From NCBI GenBank assembly GCA_963668315.1, contig OY764216.1, forward strand, positions 128,001-192,000: a stretch of 64,000 bases of DNA. The letters run 5' to 3'. Of this stretch, positions 31,871 to 41,810 are shown one piece after another. The stretch's first letter is position 1. Each line of letters begins with the position of its first letter. A program made the position numbers and the translations under genes. The notes below the pieces were generated by a model, which saw nothing but the letters and a program-made list of their open reading frames with translations, did no database searches and had not been told where the DNA came from. This DNA is from Spirochaetia bacterium (GTDB lineage Bacteria; Spirochaetota; Spirochaetia; DSM-2461).

Positions 31871-32281
31871 CTACCAGGTAACGGTGCATTCCCCGCCGAT
31901 CAGCTGCAGACTCTGGGGAGTGTACTGATGGAATTCGATATCTATCCCGGAGGGGTCCTTGCACCAGACCTGCCAGGTATTGTCGCACCCCATGGTTTTC
32001 TCGTTATGCTCGATACCGTTGCTGTCCAGGGAGGAGATGATCACATCAATGTTACCCGTTTCAAGACATATATGCTTTATGGGGGACTTTCCCTTGGGCA
32101 GCTTGTCTATGGAAAATATTTCCAGATAGTTCCCTTCGCAGATTTTCAGATAATAGCCGAATAACTCACCGTTCTTGATGAATTCAAACTGCGTACTCAT
32201 TCCCAGGACATCGCAGTAAAAACTTTTTGTCCCTTCCAAATCGGCAGTTTCAAGGCAGACATGGGCTAAAGCGTTAATCAT
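31871..32281 (-). CDS. VOC (glyoxalase/bleomycin resistance) family protein
   Basis: AHVCL..DLE...FY..VLG, HICL, DPSG..IE. Confidence 0.87.
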   Translation of the reverse strand: MINALAHVCLETADLEGTKSFYCDVLGMSTQFEFIKNGELFGYYLKICEGNYLEIFSIDKLPKGKSPIKHICLETGNIDVIISSLDSNGIEHNEKTMGCDNTWQVWCKDPSGIDIEFHQYTPQSLQLIGGECTVTW

Positions 32282-32396
32282 AATCCGACCCTCCCTCTGT
32301 TTCCATTGTAAACCCTAACTCACTAAAAAACTATGGATAGATGAAAACTTATTCTCTATAGATACCGGGCCCTTTCATTAATTTACAGATTTTTTG

Positions 32397-32415
32397 TACA
32401 TAAAAGTATATCCCA
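32397..32415. promoter_or_regulatory. Candidate upstream activator site for the nifE operon (TAC-N6-GTA)
   Basis: TACATAAAAGTATATCCCA; matches the nifH upstream motif; starts 123 bp upstream of the -24 GG. Confidence 0.55.
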
Positions 32416-32518
32416 TGAAGAAATGCCCTTTTTGTCGGTAAGAGCTTTCCAGAGAGCCTCTCGGAAGAAATTTCCTATTTCCTTCCATTATATGTGTTTA
32501 ATCAAAAGGAATCGGTTT

Positions 32519-32534
32519 TGGCACAGCCCTTGCT
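32519..32534 (+). promoter_or_regulatory. Sigma54 (-24/-12) promoter of nifENB-fdx-nifV
   Basis: TGGCAC-AGCCC-TTGCT, consensus match. Confidence 0.88.
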
Positions 32535-32594
32535 ATTATTTAGACAAGGACGACAGACGGAAAATGGGTCCCTGATCGTCCCCGGGAGAAACAG

Positions 32595-33980
32595 ATGACA
32601 ACAGCCATGCCCCTTTTGAAAGAGAGGGAAAAACAAGTTTATGAGAAAGGAAAGGGCACCTTCGACCTCCAGTGCGAACGGAAATCGGCAGCCGGTTCAG
32701 TAAGCCAGAGGGCTTGTGTCTTTTGCGGATCACGGGTGGTTCTCTACCCCGTGGCAGACGCTCTCCATCTTGTGCACGGCTCCATAGGATGCGCGTCCTA
32801 TACCTGGGATATCCGCGGTTCGGTGAGCTCCGGACCGGAACTCCACCGTCTCTGTTTTTCCACTGATCTCCGGGAAAAGGATGTTATCCACGGGGGAGAG
32901 AAGAAACTCCTCCAGTCCCTGAGGGAACTGATACCCCTTCATAAACCCAGAGCGGCCTTTGTTTACAGCACCTGCATAGTAGGCGTCATTGGAGATGACG
33001 TGGAAGCGGTCTGCAAAAAGGCTGCAGAGGAGTTGGGAATCCCCGTTATCCCCGTTCAGTCGGAAGGATTCAACGGGACCAAGAAGGACGGCTATCGGGT
33101 GGCCTGCAAGGCCTTAGCCTCTCTTGTCGGAACGGATAACAGCACCCCCGTATCGGAAATCAGCATTAACATTTTGGGAGAATTCAATCTTGCCGGTGAG
33201 GCCTGGATCATTAGGGATTACTACCGCCGAATGGGTGTGGAAGTCGTCTCGATTCTTACCGGTGACGGCAGGGTGGATCAAATCCGGAAGGCGCACAGGG
33301 CATCGCTGAACGTGGTGCAGTGCTCCGGCTCTCTCACCTATCTGGCGGAAGAGATGAAGGAGAAGTACGGCATCCCCTATATAAGGGTATCCTACTTCGG
33401 GATAGAAGATGTTTCCAAATCCCTGTACGACGTGGCCGGCTTCTTCGGGGAGAAGGAGCCGGAGATCATGAAGAAAACGTCCGCGCTGGTAAGGGAAGAA
33501 GTGATGAAAGTTCAGCCTTACCTGGAAGAGTGCCGCCTCAAGCTGACCGGAAAAAAAGCAGCTATCTATGTGGGCGGCGCCTTCAAGACCTTCTCCCTCG
33601 TCAGGATACTCCGGACCCTCGGAGTCGACGTTGTCATGGTCGGCTCCCAGACGGGCAACAGGCAGGACTACGCCCAGCTGGCGGAGATGTGCGACCCGGG
33701 AACGGTGATCGTGGACGACTCCAACCCGATGGAAATGTCACGCATCGTCATAGATAAGGATGCCGACCTTTTTATCGGCGGAGTCAAGGAACGGCCCATG
33801 GCTTTCAAACTGGGAGTGGGCTTCTGCGACCATAACCATGAGCGGAAAACGGTCCTTGCCGGGTTCGAGGGAACTCTGAATTTTGCCCGGGAGATCTGCG
33901 CGTCGGCCCTGAGTCCGGTCTGGCGGTTCTCCCCCCGGAGATCCATGAACCGCTCCGCCTTTAACGGAGGTAACGAATGA
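32595..33980 (+). CDS. nifE: FeMo-cofactor scaffold protein NifE
   Basis: SQRACVFCGSR, HGSIGCASY, STCIVGVIGDD, NVVQCS. Confidence 0.96.
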   Translation: MTTAMPLLKEREKQVYEKGKGTFDLQCERKSAAGSVSQRACVFCGSRVVLYPVADALHLVHGSIGCASYTWDIRGSVSSGPELHRLCFSTDLREKDVIHGGEKKLLQSLRELIPLHKPRAAFVYSTCIVGVIGDDVEAVCKKAAEELGIPVIPVQSEGFNGTKKDGYRVACKALASLVGTDNSTPVSEISINILGEFNLAGEAWIIRDYYRRMGVEVVSILTGDGRVDQIRKAHRASLNVVQCSGSLTYLAEEMKEKYGIPYIRVSYFGIEDVSKSLYDVAGFFGEKEPEIMKKTSALVREEVMKVQPYLEECRLKLTGKKAAIYVGGAFKTFSLVRILRTLGVDVVMVGSQTGNRQDYAQLAEMCDPGTVIVDDSNPMEMSRIVIDKDADLFIGGVKERPMAFKLGVGFCDHNHERKTVLAGFEGTLNFAREICASALSPVWRFSPRRSMNRSAFNGGNE

Positions 33981-35362
33981 GCGAAACATCCTACGCCCAC
34001 GCATCCAACCCCTGCCGGCAGTGCATGCCCCTGGGAGCATCCTGGGCTTTCAAGGGAATCGAGAACTGCATGTCGATCCTCCACGGTTCCCAGGGCTGCG
34101 CCACCTATATCCGGCGCTATATGATAAGCCACTTCCGGGAGCCGATTGATATCGCCTCTTCCAGTTTTGACGAGACAACGGTCATCTTCGGAGGAGAGGC
34201 CAATCTGGAAAAGGCCGTGCTGAATGTTTACAACCAGTATAAGCCGGAGGTAATCGGGATCGGGACAACCTGTCTGTCCGAAACCATTGGCGATGACGTG
34301 GACCGATTTATCATCACCCTGAAAAAGAAATACCCCGATCTGTGCCCCCTGATTCCCGTATCCACCCCCAGTTATCAGGGGACCCAGGAGGAGGGATTTC
34401 TCAGAACGGTACAGGGAACGGTAAAGGCCCTCACCGGGCGTTATGAACTAATTGACGAACTGCCCGAGCCCCCGGAGAACACCGAAATTCCCCTGGTGAA
34501 CGTGTTTTCTCCGATGATAACTCCGGCGGATATCCGCTGGCTCAAGACGGTATTGAAAGAGATGAATATCAAGGGGACCATACTTCCCGATTACAGCGAT
34601 ACCCTGGACGGGGGCATGTGGAGCGAATTCCATCCCATGCCTCCCGGAGGCACCACCCTCAAGGAGATAGTGTCCATGGACCAGGCGGAGATATCCGTGG
34701 AACTGGGTTCGGCCTATCCCGAAGAGTGGAGGCCCGGCTACTATCTTCAGAAGCGCTTCGGCGTACCCAACGCCCGCTGCGGCCTTCCCACGGGAGTGGA
34801 CAGCACCGATCATTTCCTGACGGTTCTCTCGGAGATTTCGGGAAAATCTATCCCTGAATATTTCCTCAACTCCCGGTCGCGTCTCATCGATGCCTACAGC
34901 GATGCCCACAAGTATCTCTACGGCAAGAAAGTGGTCATATTCGGTGACACTTCCACCGTGGAAGCCCTGTACCGTTTTGTCTGCGAAGTGGGAATGAATC
35001 CTGTCCTCTGCTTTACGGGCAGTCCCTCGGGAATCCTCGGCAAAACCCTGGAGAGGCTCCCACTGCCCGAGGCGGCGGACAACCCGCCCCTCATTAGGGA
35101 GAATTTTGACTTCGGCGATGCGGAGTCTCTGATAGAAGAGCTGCAGCCGGACCTGCTTCTGGGAAACAGCAAGGGATACAAGATATCCCGGAAAATGAAC
35201 ATTCCCCTCATAAGGGTGGGATTCCCCATCCATGACCGCTTCGGCGCCTCCCGCCAGAGGATTCTGGGCTACGAAGGGACGGCCCATCTTCTGGACCGCG
35301 TCGTCAATACGATTATGGAGCAAAAGCAAAGTACATCAAAAGTAGGTTATACCTACATTTAA
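33977..35362 (+). CDS. nifN: FeMo-cofactor scaffold protein NifN
   Basis: NPCRQCMPLGA, HGSQGCATY, SHFREPIDIASS, GFPIHDR; ATGA overlap with nifE. Confidence 0.95.
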   Translation: MSETSYAHASNPCRQCMPLGASWAFKGIENCMSILHGSQGCATYIRRYMISHFREPIDIASSSFDETTVIFGGEANLEKAVLNVYNQYKPEVIGIGTTCLSETIGDDVDRFIITLKKKYPDLCPLIPVSTPSYQGTQEEGFLRTVQGTVKALTGRYELIDELPEPPENTEIPLVNVFSPMITPADIRWLKTVLKEMNIKGTILPDYSDTLDGGMWSEFHPMPPGGTTLKEIVSMDQAEISVELGSAYPEEWRPGYYLQKRFGVPNARCGLPTGVDSTDHFLTVLSEISGKSIPEYFLNSRSRLIDAYSDAHKYLYGKKVVIFGDTSTVEALYRFVCEVGMNPVLCFTGSPSGILGKTLERLPLPEAADNPPLIRENFDFGDAESLIEELQPDLLLGNSKGYKISRKMNIPLIRVGFPIHDRFGASRQRILGYEGTAHLLDRVVNTIMEQKQSTSKVGYTYI

Positions 35363-35423
35363 CCGTTTAGTCCGGCAGGCGGGCCACCTGGCCGGATACA
35401 GAAAGCAAACTTAGGAGAAGGAT

Positions 35424-36695
35424 ATGAAAAAGGCGATAGAAAAACAATTGGAAAACCACCCCTGCTTCAATGCGGGAGCCTGTAAAGACCACGCCCGGAT
35501 CCACCTGCCCGTGGCCCCCAAATGCAATGTCCAGTGCGGCTTCTGCAACAGGAAATATGACTGCGTCAACGAGAGCCGTCCCGGAGTCACCAGCTCCGTC
35601 CTCAGCCCCGGACAGGCTCTGTACTATCTGCAGAAAGCCATGGAAAAGAGATATTTCGACGTGGTCGGCATCGCCGGTCCGGGAGACCCCTTTGCCAATC
35701 CGGAAGAGACGATGGAAACCCTCCGCCTGATTCGGGGAGCCTATCCCAAAGTGATGCTCTGCGTTGCCACGAACGGTCTGAACATAGGGCCTTATATCGA
35801 TGAGCTTGCCGAGCTGGAGGTTTCCCACGTGACTCTGACGATTAATGGGGTGGACCCGGAAATCGCCGGAAAATGCTACCGCTGGATACGTCCGGGCAAA
35901 ACACCCCTGCGGGGAAAAGCTGCGGGGGAAGTCATCGTCAGAGAACAGCTCTCTGCCGTTACGCGCCTTGTGGAAAAGGGAATACTTGTTAAGATTAACA
36001 GCGTTATCATTCCCGGAGTCAACGACTCCCATATCAGGGAAATTGCCGAAAAAGTGGGAGAACTGGGAGCGGTTACCCAGAACTGCCTTCCCCTGCTGCC
36101 TGTGAAAGATACGGATTTCGCCCATCTGTCCGAACCGGCCGTGGCCGATGTCCTTGCCCTGAGGAAGGAGTGCGGCGAGTTCATTTCCCAGATGGGTCAC
36201 TGCCGCCGCTGCCGTGCCGATGCGGCCGGCCTCCTGGAAGAAGCAATGAGCGAAGGAACCACGGCTCTTCTGAAGGAGGCCTCTACCCTCCCCGTGAATC
36301 CCGGAGAGGACCGCCCCTTTATTGCCGTTGCCACCCGCGAAGGAATGCTGGTGAATCAGCATCTGGGACATGCGGAGGCACTGTGTATCTACCGGAAGAA
36401 GGAGGATTCCTCCGACGGGCTCTGGACTTTCCACGAAGAGAGACTCATGCCCTCCCCCGGCGGCGGGGATGAGAGATGGCTCGGAATCGCCTCGCAACTC
36501 AAAGACTGCTCCGCCCTGCTTGTCAGCGGTATTGGAAACCGGCCCGATGAGATCCTGACGAAAAAGGGGATCAAGGTCTTTCAGATTGAGGGGATGATCA
36601 GCACCGCCCTGGCCGGGATCACCCGGGGAGAGGACCTGAAGCATATGGCCGTACGAAAGGGAGGCTGCTCCGGCTCAGGAGAGGGCTGCGCCTAG
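35424..36695 (+). CDS. nifB: Radical SAM FeMo-co precursor protein NifB with C-terminal NifX-like domain
   Basis: HPCF, HLPVAPKCNVQCGFCNRKYDC, NESRPG, AGPGDP, HCRRCRADA, VNQHLGHA. Confidence 0.97.
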   Translation: MKKAIEKQLENHPCFNAGACKDHARIHLPVAPKCNVQCGFCNRKYDCVNESRPGVTSSVLSPGQALYYLQKAMEKRYFDVVGIAGPGDPFANPEETMETLRLIRGAYPKVMLCVATNGLNIGPYIDELAELEVSHVTLTINGVDPEIAGKCYRWIRPGKTPLRGKAAGEVIVREQLSAVTRLVEKGILVKINSVIIPGVNDSHIREIAEKVGELGAVTQNCLPLLPVKDTDFAHLSEPAVADVLALRKECGEFISQMGHCRRCRADAAGLLEEAMSEGTTALLKEASTLPVNPGEDRPFIAVATREGMLVNQHLGHAEALCIYRKKEDSSDGLWTFHEERLMPSPGGGDERWLGIASQLKDCSALLVSGIGNRPDEILTKKGIKVFQIEGMISTALAGITRGEDLKHMAVRKGGCSGSGEGCA

Positions 36696-36780
36696 GGACG
36701 GCAGGTCTGTTGAAATTGTTGATTAATGTCCGTGATCTTCACAAGGGGGGATTCGGACTTATGCACCAAAGGAGAAAAAA

Positions 36781-37089
36781 ATGGAAAAACCAAACAAGCA
36801 CATCTTGGTATGCTGCAGTTTCAGAGCTACGGGAGAGCCCCAGGGCGTATGCCACAAAAAAGGGACAGGAGACTGGCTGGCCTATCTGGAATCGGAGATT
36901 GTCGACAGGGGAATGGACGGAGTAATGGTCTCTGCCACAGGCTGCCTGAAGGTATGCGACCGGGGGCCTGCCATGGTAATCTATCCCGATAATATCTGGT
37001 ACGGCGGAATGGAAGGCGAGGATGATCTGGATACGATTCTGGATGCCATCGAAGACGGGGAAGTGGCAGAAGATTTCCATATTGCCTAG
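36781..37089 (+). CDS. Thioredoxin-like [2Fe-2S] ferredoxin (nif-associated)
   Basis: HILVC...GVC...GCLKVCDRGP..VIYPD..WY; AAGGAG SD. Confidence 0.9.
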   Translation: MEKPNKHILVCCSFRATGEPQGVCHKKGTGDWLAYLESEIVDRGMDGVMVSATGCLKVCDRGPAMVIYPDNIWYGGMEGEDDLDTILDAIEDGEVAEDFHIA

Positions 37090-37095
37090 AGATTT

Positions 37096-38223
37096 ATGAC
37101 GATTGTTGACAGTACCCTCAGAGAGGGCGAACAGACACCCGGCCTGGTATTATCCTTCAAGGATAAAAGATACCTGGCCGAAGAGCTCGTCCGTGCCGGC
37201 GTGACAGACCTGGAAGCGGGAATCCCCGCCATGGGCGGGAATGACCGGGATTTCCTGAGGGCACTGCATAAAGACCTTCACCCCCGGGGCGCGAGGATCA
37301 TTAATTGGTGCCGGGCCCGGGAAGAGGATCTTACCGCCGCCTTTCAAACGGGAACGGGAGCGGTCCATATCAGCCTGCCCGCCTCAGACCGACAGCTGAA
37401 CCTTGTCGGGAAGCCGCGCGAATGGGTTCTGGAAGAGCTGTACCGCATGGCTGCTCTGATGAAACGCGAATGCGACTTTCTGTCGGTAGGCGCCATGGAT
37501 GCCTCGCGCTGTTCTCCCGAATTCCTTACGCTCTTTGTCTCCACCGCGGCGGATGCCGGCTTTTTGCGCATAAGACTGGCCGATACGGTCGGAATCACCT
37601 CTCCCGATGAAATCAGGGAATGGGCCCGCCTTCTCCATGATTACCGTCATCTTCTTGAATTCCACGGACATAACGATCTGGGCATGGCCACGGCCAATTC
37701 CCTGACGGCCATCCAGTCGGGATTCGGAGCCGTGAGCGCCACGCTGCTGGGACTGGGGGAACGGGCGGGCAATGCCCCACTGGAAGAGCTTCTTCTGGCC
37801 ATTCAGCTTAAACTGGACTGGGACGGGGGTATTTCCCTGAGCGCCGTCGGAGAACTGGCCCGGAAAACGGCCCGGCTGACGGGAGAAAGAATTCCCCCGG
37901 GAAAGCCCCTTCTGGGAGAACGGATAAACCGGCATGAGTCGGGAATTCACGTATCCGGCCTGAGAAAGGATCCGGACAGCTTCAGGCCCTACGATCCCAC
38001 CCTGTGGAACGGTCCTGCCGAGGAAATCATCTGGGGACGGCAGAGCGGACGGAACGGAGTGGAACATCTTCTCCGATCACGGGGCTTTGATCCATCGCCC
38101 GACGAGCTGGCGCGGGTTACCGCCTCGGTCAAAGAAACCTCCCTCCGGGAAGAAAAATCCCTGACCGAGGAGGAGATAGAATCGCTTTTTCTTTCTCAGA
38201 AGAGGCAAAAAGCGGCGGTATAA
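37096..38223 (+). CDS. nifV: Homocitrate synthase
   Basis: DSTLREGEQTPG, LADTVG, HGHNDLGMATAN, GLGERAGNA, HESGIH; last gene of the nifENB operon. Confidence 0.9.
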   Translation: MTIVDSTLREGEQTPGLVLSFKDKRYLAEELVRAGVTDLEAGIPAMGGNDRDFLRALHKDLHPRGARIINWCRAREEDLTAAFQTGTGAVHISLPASDRQLNLVGKPREWVLEELYRMAALMKRECDFLSVGAMDASRCSPEFLTLFVSTAADAGFLRIRLADTVGITSPDEIREWARLLHDYRHLLEFHGHNDLGMATANSLTAIQSGFGAVSATLLGLGERAGNAPLEELLLAIQLKLDWDGGISLSAVGELARKTARLTGERIPPGKPLLGERINRHESGIHVSGLRKDPDSFRPYDPTLWNGPAEEIIWGRQSGRNGVEHLLRSRGFDPSPDELARVTASVKETSLREEKSLTEEEIESLFLSQKRQKAAV

Positions 38224-41200
38224 TCATACGGCTCCGCGGATTACGGGAAGATGTACGGAAAAGGTGCTCCCCTTCCCTTCTTCACTGAATACGCTTATCT
38301 CTCCCCCATGGGCTTCCACGGCCAGTTTACAGAATGCCAGTCCCAGACCGACGGATGCTTTTCCCCTGCTCCCGAACCGGGCCGTTGTGAATTTCTCGAA
38401 CAGCTCCTCGCGGAAATCCTCGGGAATCCCGTCTCCCCTGTCCCGGACGTCTATGATAACAGAACTTTTATCATTGCGGACACAAACGTCTACCGTCATC
38501 CCCTCCGACGAAGCCAGAACGGCATTTCCCAACAGGTTGATAAGGACCCGCTCCATAATGTCCCGGTCAATCTCCAGGATGGGATTTTCCCCCGAAAGAG
38601 CAAGATGAACTCCGGCGACTCCCGCCTGAATATCCATAGCCCGGATGGCATTTTCGATGACCGACCGGATATCCGTCTCTACCCTGTTCAGAGGCATACG
38701 GCCCTCTTCGAGCCGGCTGATGTCCAGTAGCCCCTGGGCCATTTCGGTTACACGCCGGGCTTCGGAACGGGCCATATCGACAAGGGAGATTCCCCCCGTC
38801 TCCTCCCCATTCTCCTCGATCAGATCCAGCGCTCCGATGATGGACATGAGGGGAGAGCGAATATCGTGAACGATCATATTGGTCAGGTTCCTCTTGAGCT
38901 CCTCCAGCTCCTTCAGTTCCCCGTAACTGGAGCGAAGCGCCTTTTCCCTCAGTTCCAGGGCTGCCTGGGATTCCTTACGGGCCCGTATTTCCACGGCAAG
39001 TCTCCTGTTCCAGTAAAGAAAAATCAGGATGATAACCAGGACCCCCAGGGCTACTTTCCCCAGCAGTTTGTAATCAACCGCCTGCTCATACTTGACCCAG
39101 ACCCACTTCCTGTAAAAAGCCGTGCGGTCTACCTCGGGAAGGGATGCCAGGGCTTTATGCAGGATTCCCGCAAAGAGGGGCCAGTCCTTTCTCACGGCCA
39201 TGCGGAGTTTGTAGGCATAGGGAGTTTCCCCTACGATTTTCACATCCCTGAACTGATGCTTGCTCAAATAGTAGTTTCCCGCTAACACGCTGCCGATAAA
39301 GAGATCCGCCTTTCCCCGTTTCAGGAGGCTGAAGCCGTCGGCTATTGTTGCTGTACGGATCAGATCCCAATCGGGATAATCCCGGCTGATCCACTCGTCG
39401 GTGGCATAATTTTCCACAACGGCCACTTTAAAGCCGCTGATTTCAGAAAGATCCCGTATATAGGGGAACTCCTCCCGGCCGAATATGACAACGGGGGAAC
39501 CAAGATAGGAATCGGTAAAGGTCAGATGCTCCAGCCGTTCGGGTGTAACATTGAGGCAGGTACTCATGTCCAGCTCGCGGTTAATCAGCCTGCCGTAGGT
39601 CCTCTGCCAGTCATCCGGTTCTCCCGGAACGAACTCAATGCCCAGCATATCCTGAAGGGCATTCAGATATTCCATGGAAATACCCCGGGGCTCCCCGTCG
39701 GAGTCGGCGAATTCCACCGGCGCCCAGGAGGGGTCCCATCCCACCCGGATTCTCGGATGCATAAGCAGCCATTCCCGCTCCTCCCTGGTGAGATCAATCT
39801 CATTCGACACCGGCCTGGGAAGGGGCAGCCACTTGGCCAGAATGGCATTGCGCTGCTTCATGGTAATAGAATCCAGAACCTGGTCGATAATGGAGACCAG
39901 TTCCGGCCAGTCGCTGCGAACGCCGAAGGCCAGAGCCTGGGGTTCCTGTTCTGCATAGGCGGCCATTTTAATGTTTGTCAGAGCCAGATTCTGAATAACA
40001 TGGGTCGTGACGGCCAGATTGCCGATGACACCGTCCAGTTCCCCCCGGGACAGGGCCAGAAGGCACTCCTCGTATGTTTTATAGCAAATCGGTTCCAGAT
40101 CGGTAGAATCCTCGATAAAGGCCTGGTGTGAACTGGCGGCCTGGACCCCCACACGCCTGTTCTTCAGATCGGCAAGGCCGGTAATATCCGATTCCATGGA
40201 GGTCACGATAACCCGGGAGAACTCCTGGTAGGGCTCGCTGTAAGATAGGAACTGCCTCCTTTCCTCACCGTAACCAATCCCCGGCAGTAAATCTATGTTT
40301 CTGTCCTTTACCGCCCCCATGGTCTCCGCCCAGGAGGTACAGGTTACCAGCTCGAAGTCAAGGCCGGTTCTCTGCCCCACAAGATTCAGGAAATCCGCGG
40401 CTATCCCGCAGTATTCCCCCTCTTCCGACAGAAATTCAAAGGGGGCGAATTCCGGATCCACACCGAAGCGGACCGTCCGATGCTCCTCTATCCACCGCCG
40501 TTCTTCCGGACTCAGTTCAATCCCCGGCAGAAGGGCGGCATCCTGATATTTCCAATCGCCGGTGCCTCCGCCCAGATAGTAATTCAGGATTTTCTGATAC
40601 GCAGAGTCAGTCTTCTGCCCCTCCCCGGCCATAACCCGGTCAATAGCTTCCAGAAAACGGTCTCCCCTTTCCGATCCCCTGGCCGTGGCGAACAGCAGTT
40701 CCCGGGGATTGAAAATGATGGGAGTCGGGGAAACGTTGAATTCATCGCTGTACAGTTCGCCGAACAGGCGGTTGACAATCCCCGCATCGGCCTGCTTCGA
40801 ATCAACCAGCAGCAGGACCTGGCGGTAGTCGTCGACCTCGACGAAGCGGCATGTCACCCCCAGCTGGGAGAGCAGATTCCTTATTCCCCCTTCGCCTTCG
40901 GTATGGACGCTTCCCTTCATGACCGCCACAGTCTGATTCTTCAGATCGAATAAGGACTCGATGGTCCTGTCATCCCTCGAATAAGCCGTACCCCAGTTGA
41001 CAAGAACGGATTCCGAGGAGAAATCAAACAGCTCCCGCCGCTCCTCCGAATCGGCCACATCGACCATCAGATCTATCTCACCCCTTTCCAGGCGGTCCAG
41101 GCACTCCTGCCATGTCCCGTAGACATACTCAATCTCCCAATCATTCCTTTCCCCGATGTACTCCAGGACTTCGGGAAATATGCCGGCGGTACGACCGTCG

Positions 41201-41328
41201 GGTGTCATGAAGACCTTGGGCGGGTTCTGATAGGCTCCCACTTTTACCTGTTCTCCCGTCAGAACGGCCGCCGCCGCCAGGAAAAGGAGAAATATTCTGA
41301 TAATCCATCGGAAAGAAAAAGAGCCCAT
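38224..41328 (-). CDS. Sensor histidine kinase with three tandem periplasmic binding (PBPb) domains
   Basis: Three PBP repeats (YQNPP, DPEFAPFEF, DPSWAPVEF), TM helix, VHDIRSP H-box, NLLGNA, DRGDGI, GLGL. Confidence 0.9.
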   Translation of the reverse strand: MGSFSFRWIIRIFLLFLAAAAVLTGEQVKVGAYQNPPKVFMTPDGRTAGIFPEVLEYIGERNDWEIEYVYGTWQECLDRLERGEIDLMVDVADSEERRELFDFSSESVLVNWGTAYSRDDRTIESLFDLKNQTVAVMKGSVHTEGEGGIRNLLSQLGVTCRFVEVDDYRQVLLLVDSKQADAGIVNRLFGELYSDEFNVSPTPIIFNPRELLFATARGSERGDRFLEAIDRVMAGEGQKTDSAYQKILNYYLGGGTGDWKYQDAALLPGIELSPEERRWIEEHRTVRFGVDPEFAPFEFLSEEGEYCGIAADFLNLVGQRTGLDFELVTCTSWAETMGAVKDRNIDLLPGIGYGEERRQFLSYSEPYQEFSRVIVTSMESDITGLADLKNRRVGVQAASSHQAFIEDSTDLEPICYKTYEECLLALSRGELDGVIGNLAVTTHVIQNLALTNIKMAAYAEQEPQALAFGVRSDWPELVSIIDQVLDSITMKQRNAILAKWLPLPRPVSNEIDLTREEREWLLMHPRIRVGWDPSWAPVEFADSDGEPRGISMEYLNALQDMLGIEFVPGEPDDWQRTYGRLINRELDMSTCLNVTPERLEHLTFTDSYLGSPVVIFGREEFPYIRDLSEISGFKVAVVENYATDEWISRDYPDWDLIRTATIADGFSLLKRGKADLFIGSVLAGNYYLSKHQFRDVKIVGETPYAYKLRMAVRKDWPLFAGILHKALASLPEVDRTAFYRKWVWVKYEQAVDYKLLGKVALGVLVIILIFLYWNRRLAVEIRARKESQAALELREKALRSSYGELKELEELKRNLTNMIVHDIRSPLMSIIGALDLIEENGEETGGISLVDMARSEARRVTEMAQGLLDISRLEEGRMPLNRVETDIRSVIENAIRAMDIQAGVAGVHLALSGENPILEIDRDIMERVLINLLGNAVLASSEGMTVDVCVRNDKSSVIIDVRDRGDGIPEDFREELFEKFTTARFGSRGKASVGLGLAFCKLAVEAHGGEISVFSEEGKGSTFSVHLPVIRGAV

Positions 41329-41433
41329 GGTATATATTATATGAAATGCTCATTTTTCACAAACTATTTTTACCCTCTTTTATTCTTTGAAATAATTCTT
41401 ACTTCCCGGGAACTTCTTTGTTATCTTATATTT

Positions 41434-41793
41434 ATGGACGAACTGAAAAAACTGAAAAAGCAGTATGTCGATCTTCCCGAAGATCCCTCACAAACGGTCA
41501 TAGAAAATACGGCCCGCCGGCTGCAGGGTATGAAGTTCTCTCCTACCCTTCTGGTGGAAGTCCCGGATTTTCTGCATGTCGGCAAAAAACGTATCCTCGG
41601 TGAACTGGACAGGGCTCTTGCTCTGGAAGGGGAAGAGCTGGTGGAGGCGGGGATGAATCCCACGGGAGAGCCGGAAGTGTTCAAGATGAACCATCTCAAA
41701 CTGCTCTACTACTTCTACGAATTGCTGACGAGGCTGAGGCAGGATGATCCGGCGGCCTGGGATGAGGTCAACGAGCTGTACGAAGACGACTGA
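41434..41793 (+). CDS. Hypothetical protein
   Basis: Fills the gap between genes; start at MDELKK inferred from the extended -10 TGtTATCTT 6 nt upstream. Confidence 0.7.
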   Translation: MDELKKLKKQYVDLPEDPSQTVIENTARRLQGMKFSPTLLVEVPDFLHVGKKRILGELDRALALEGEELVEAGMNPTGEPEVFKMNHLKLLYYFYELLTRLRQDDPAAWDEVNELYEDD

Positions 41794-41810
41794 TAACGGT
41801 CACGGGAATT

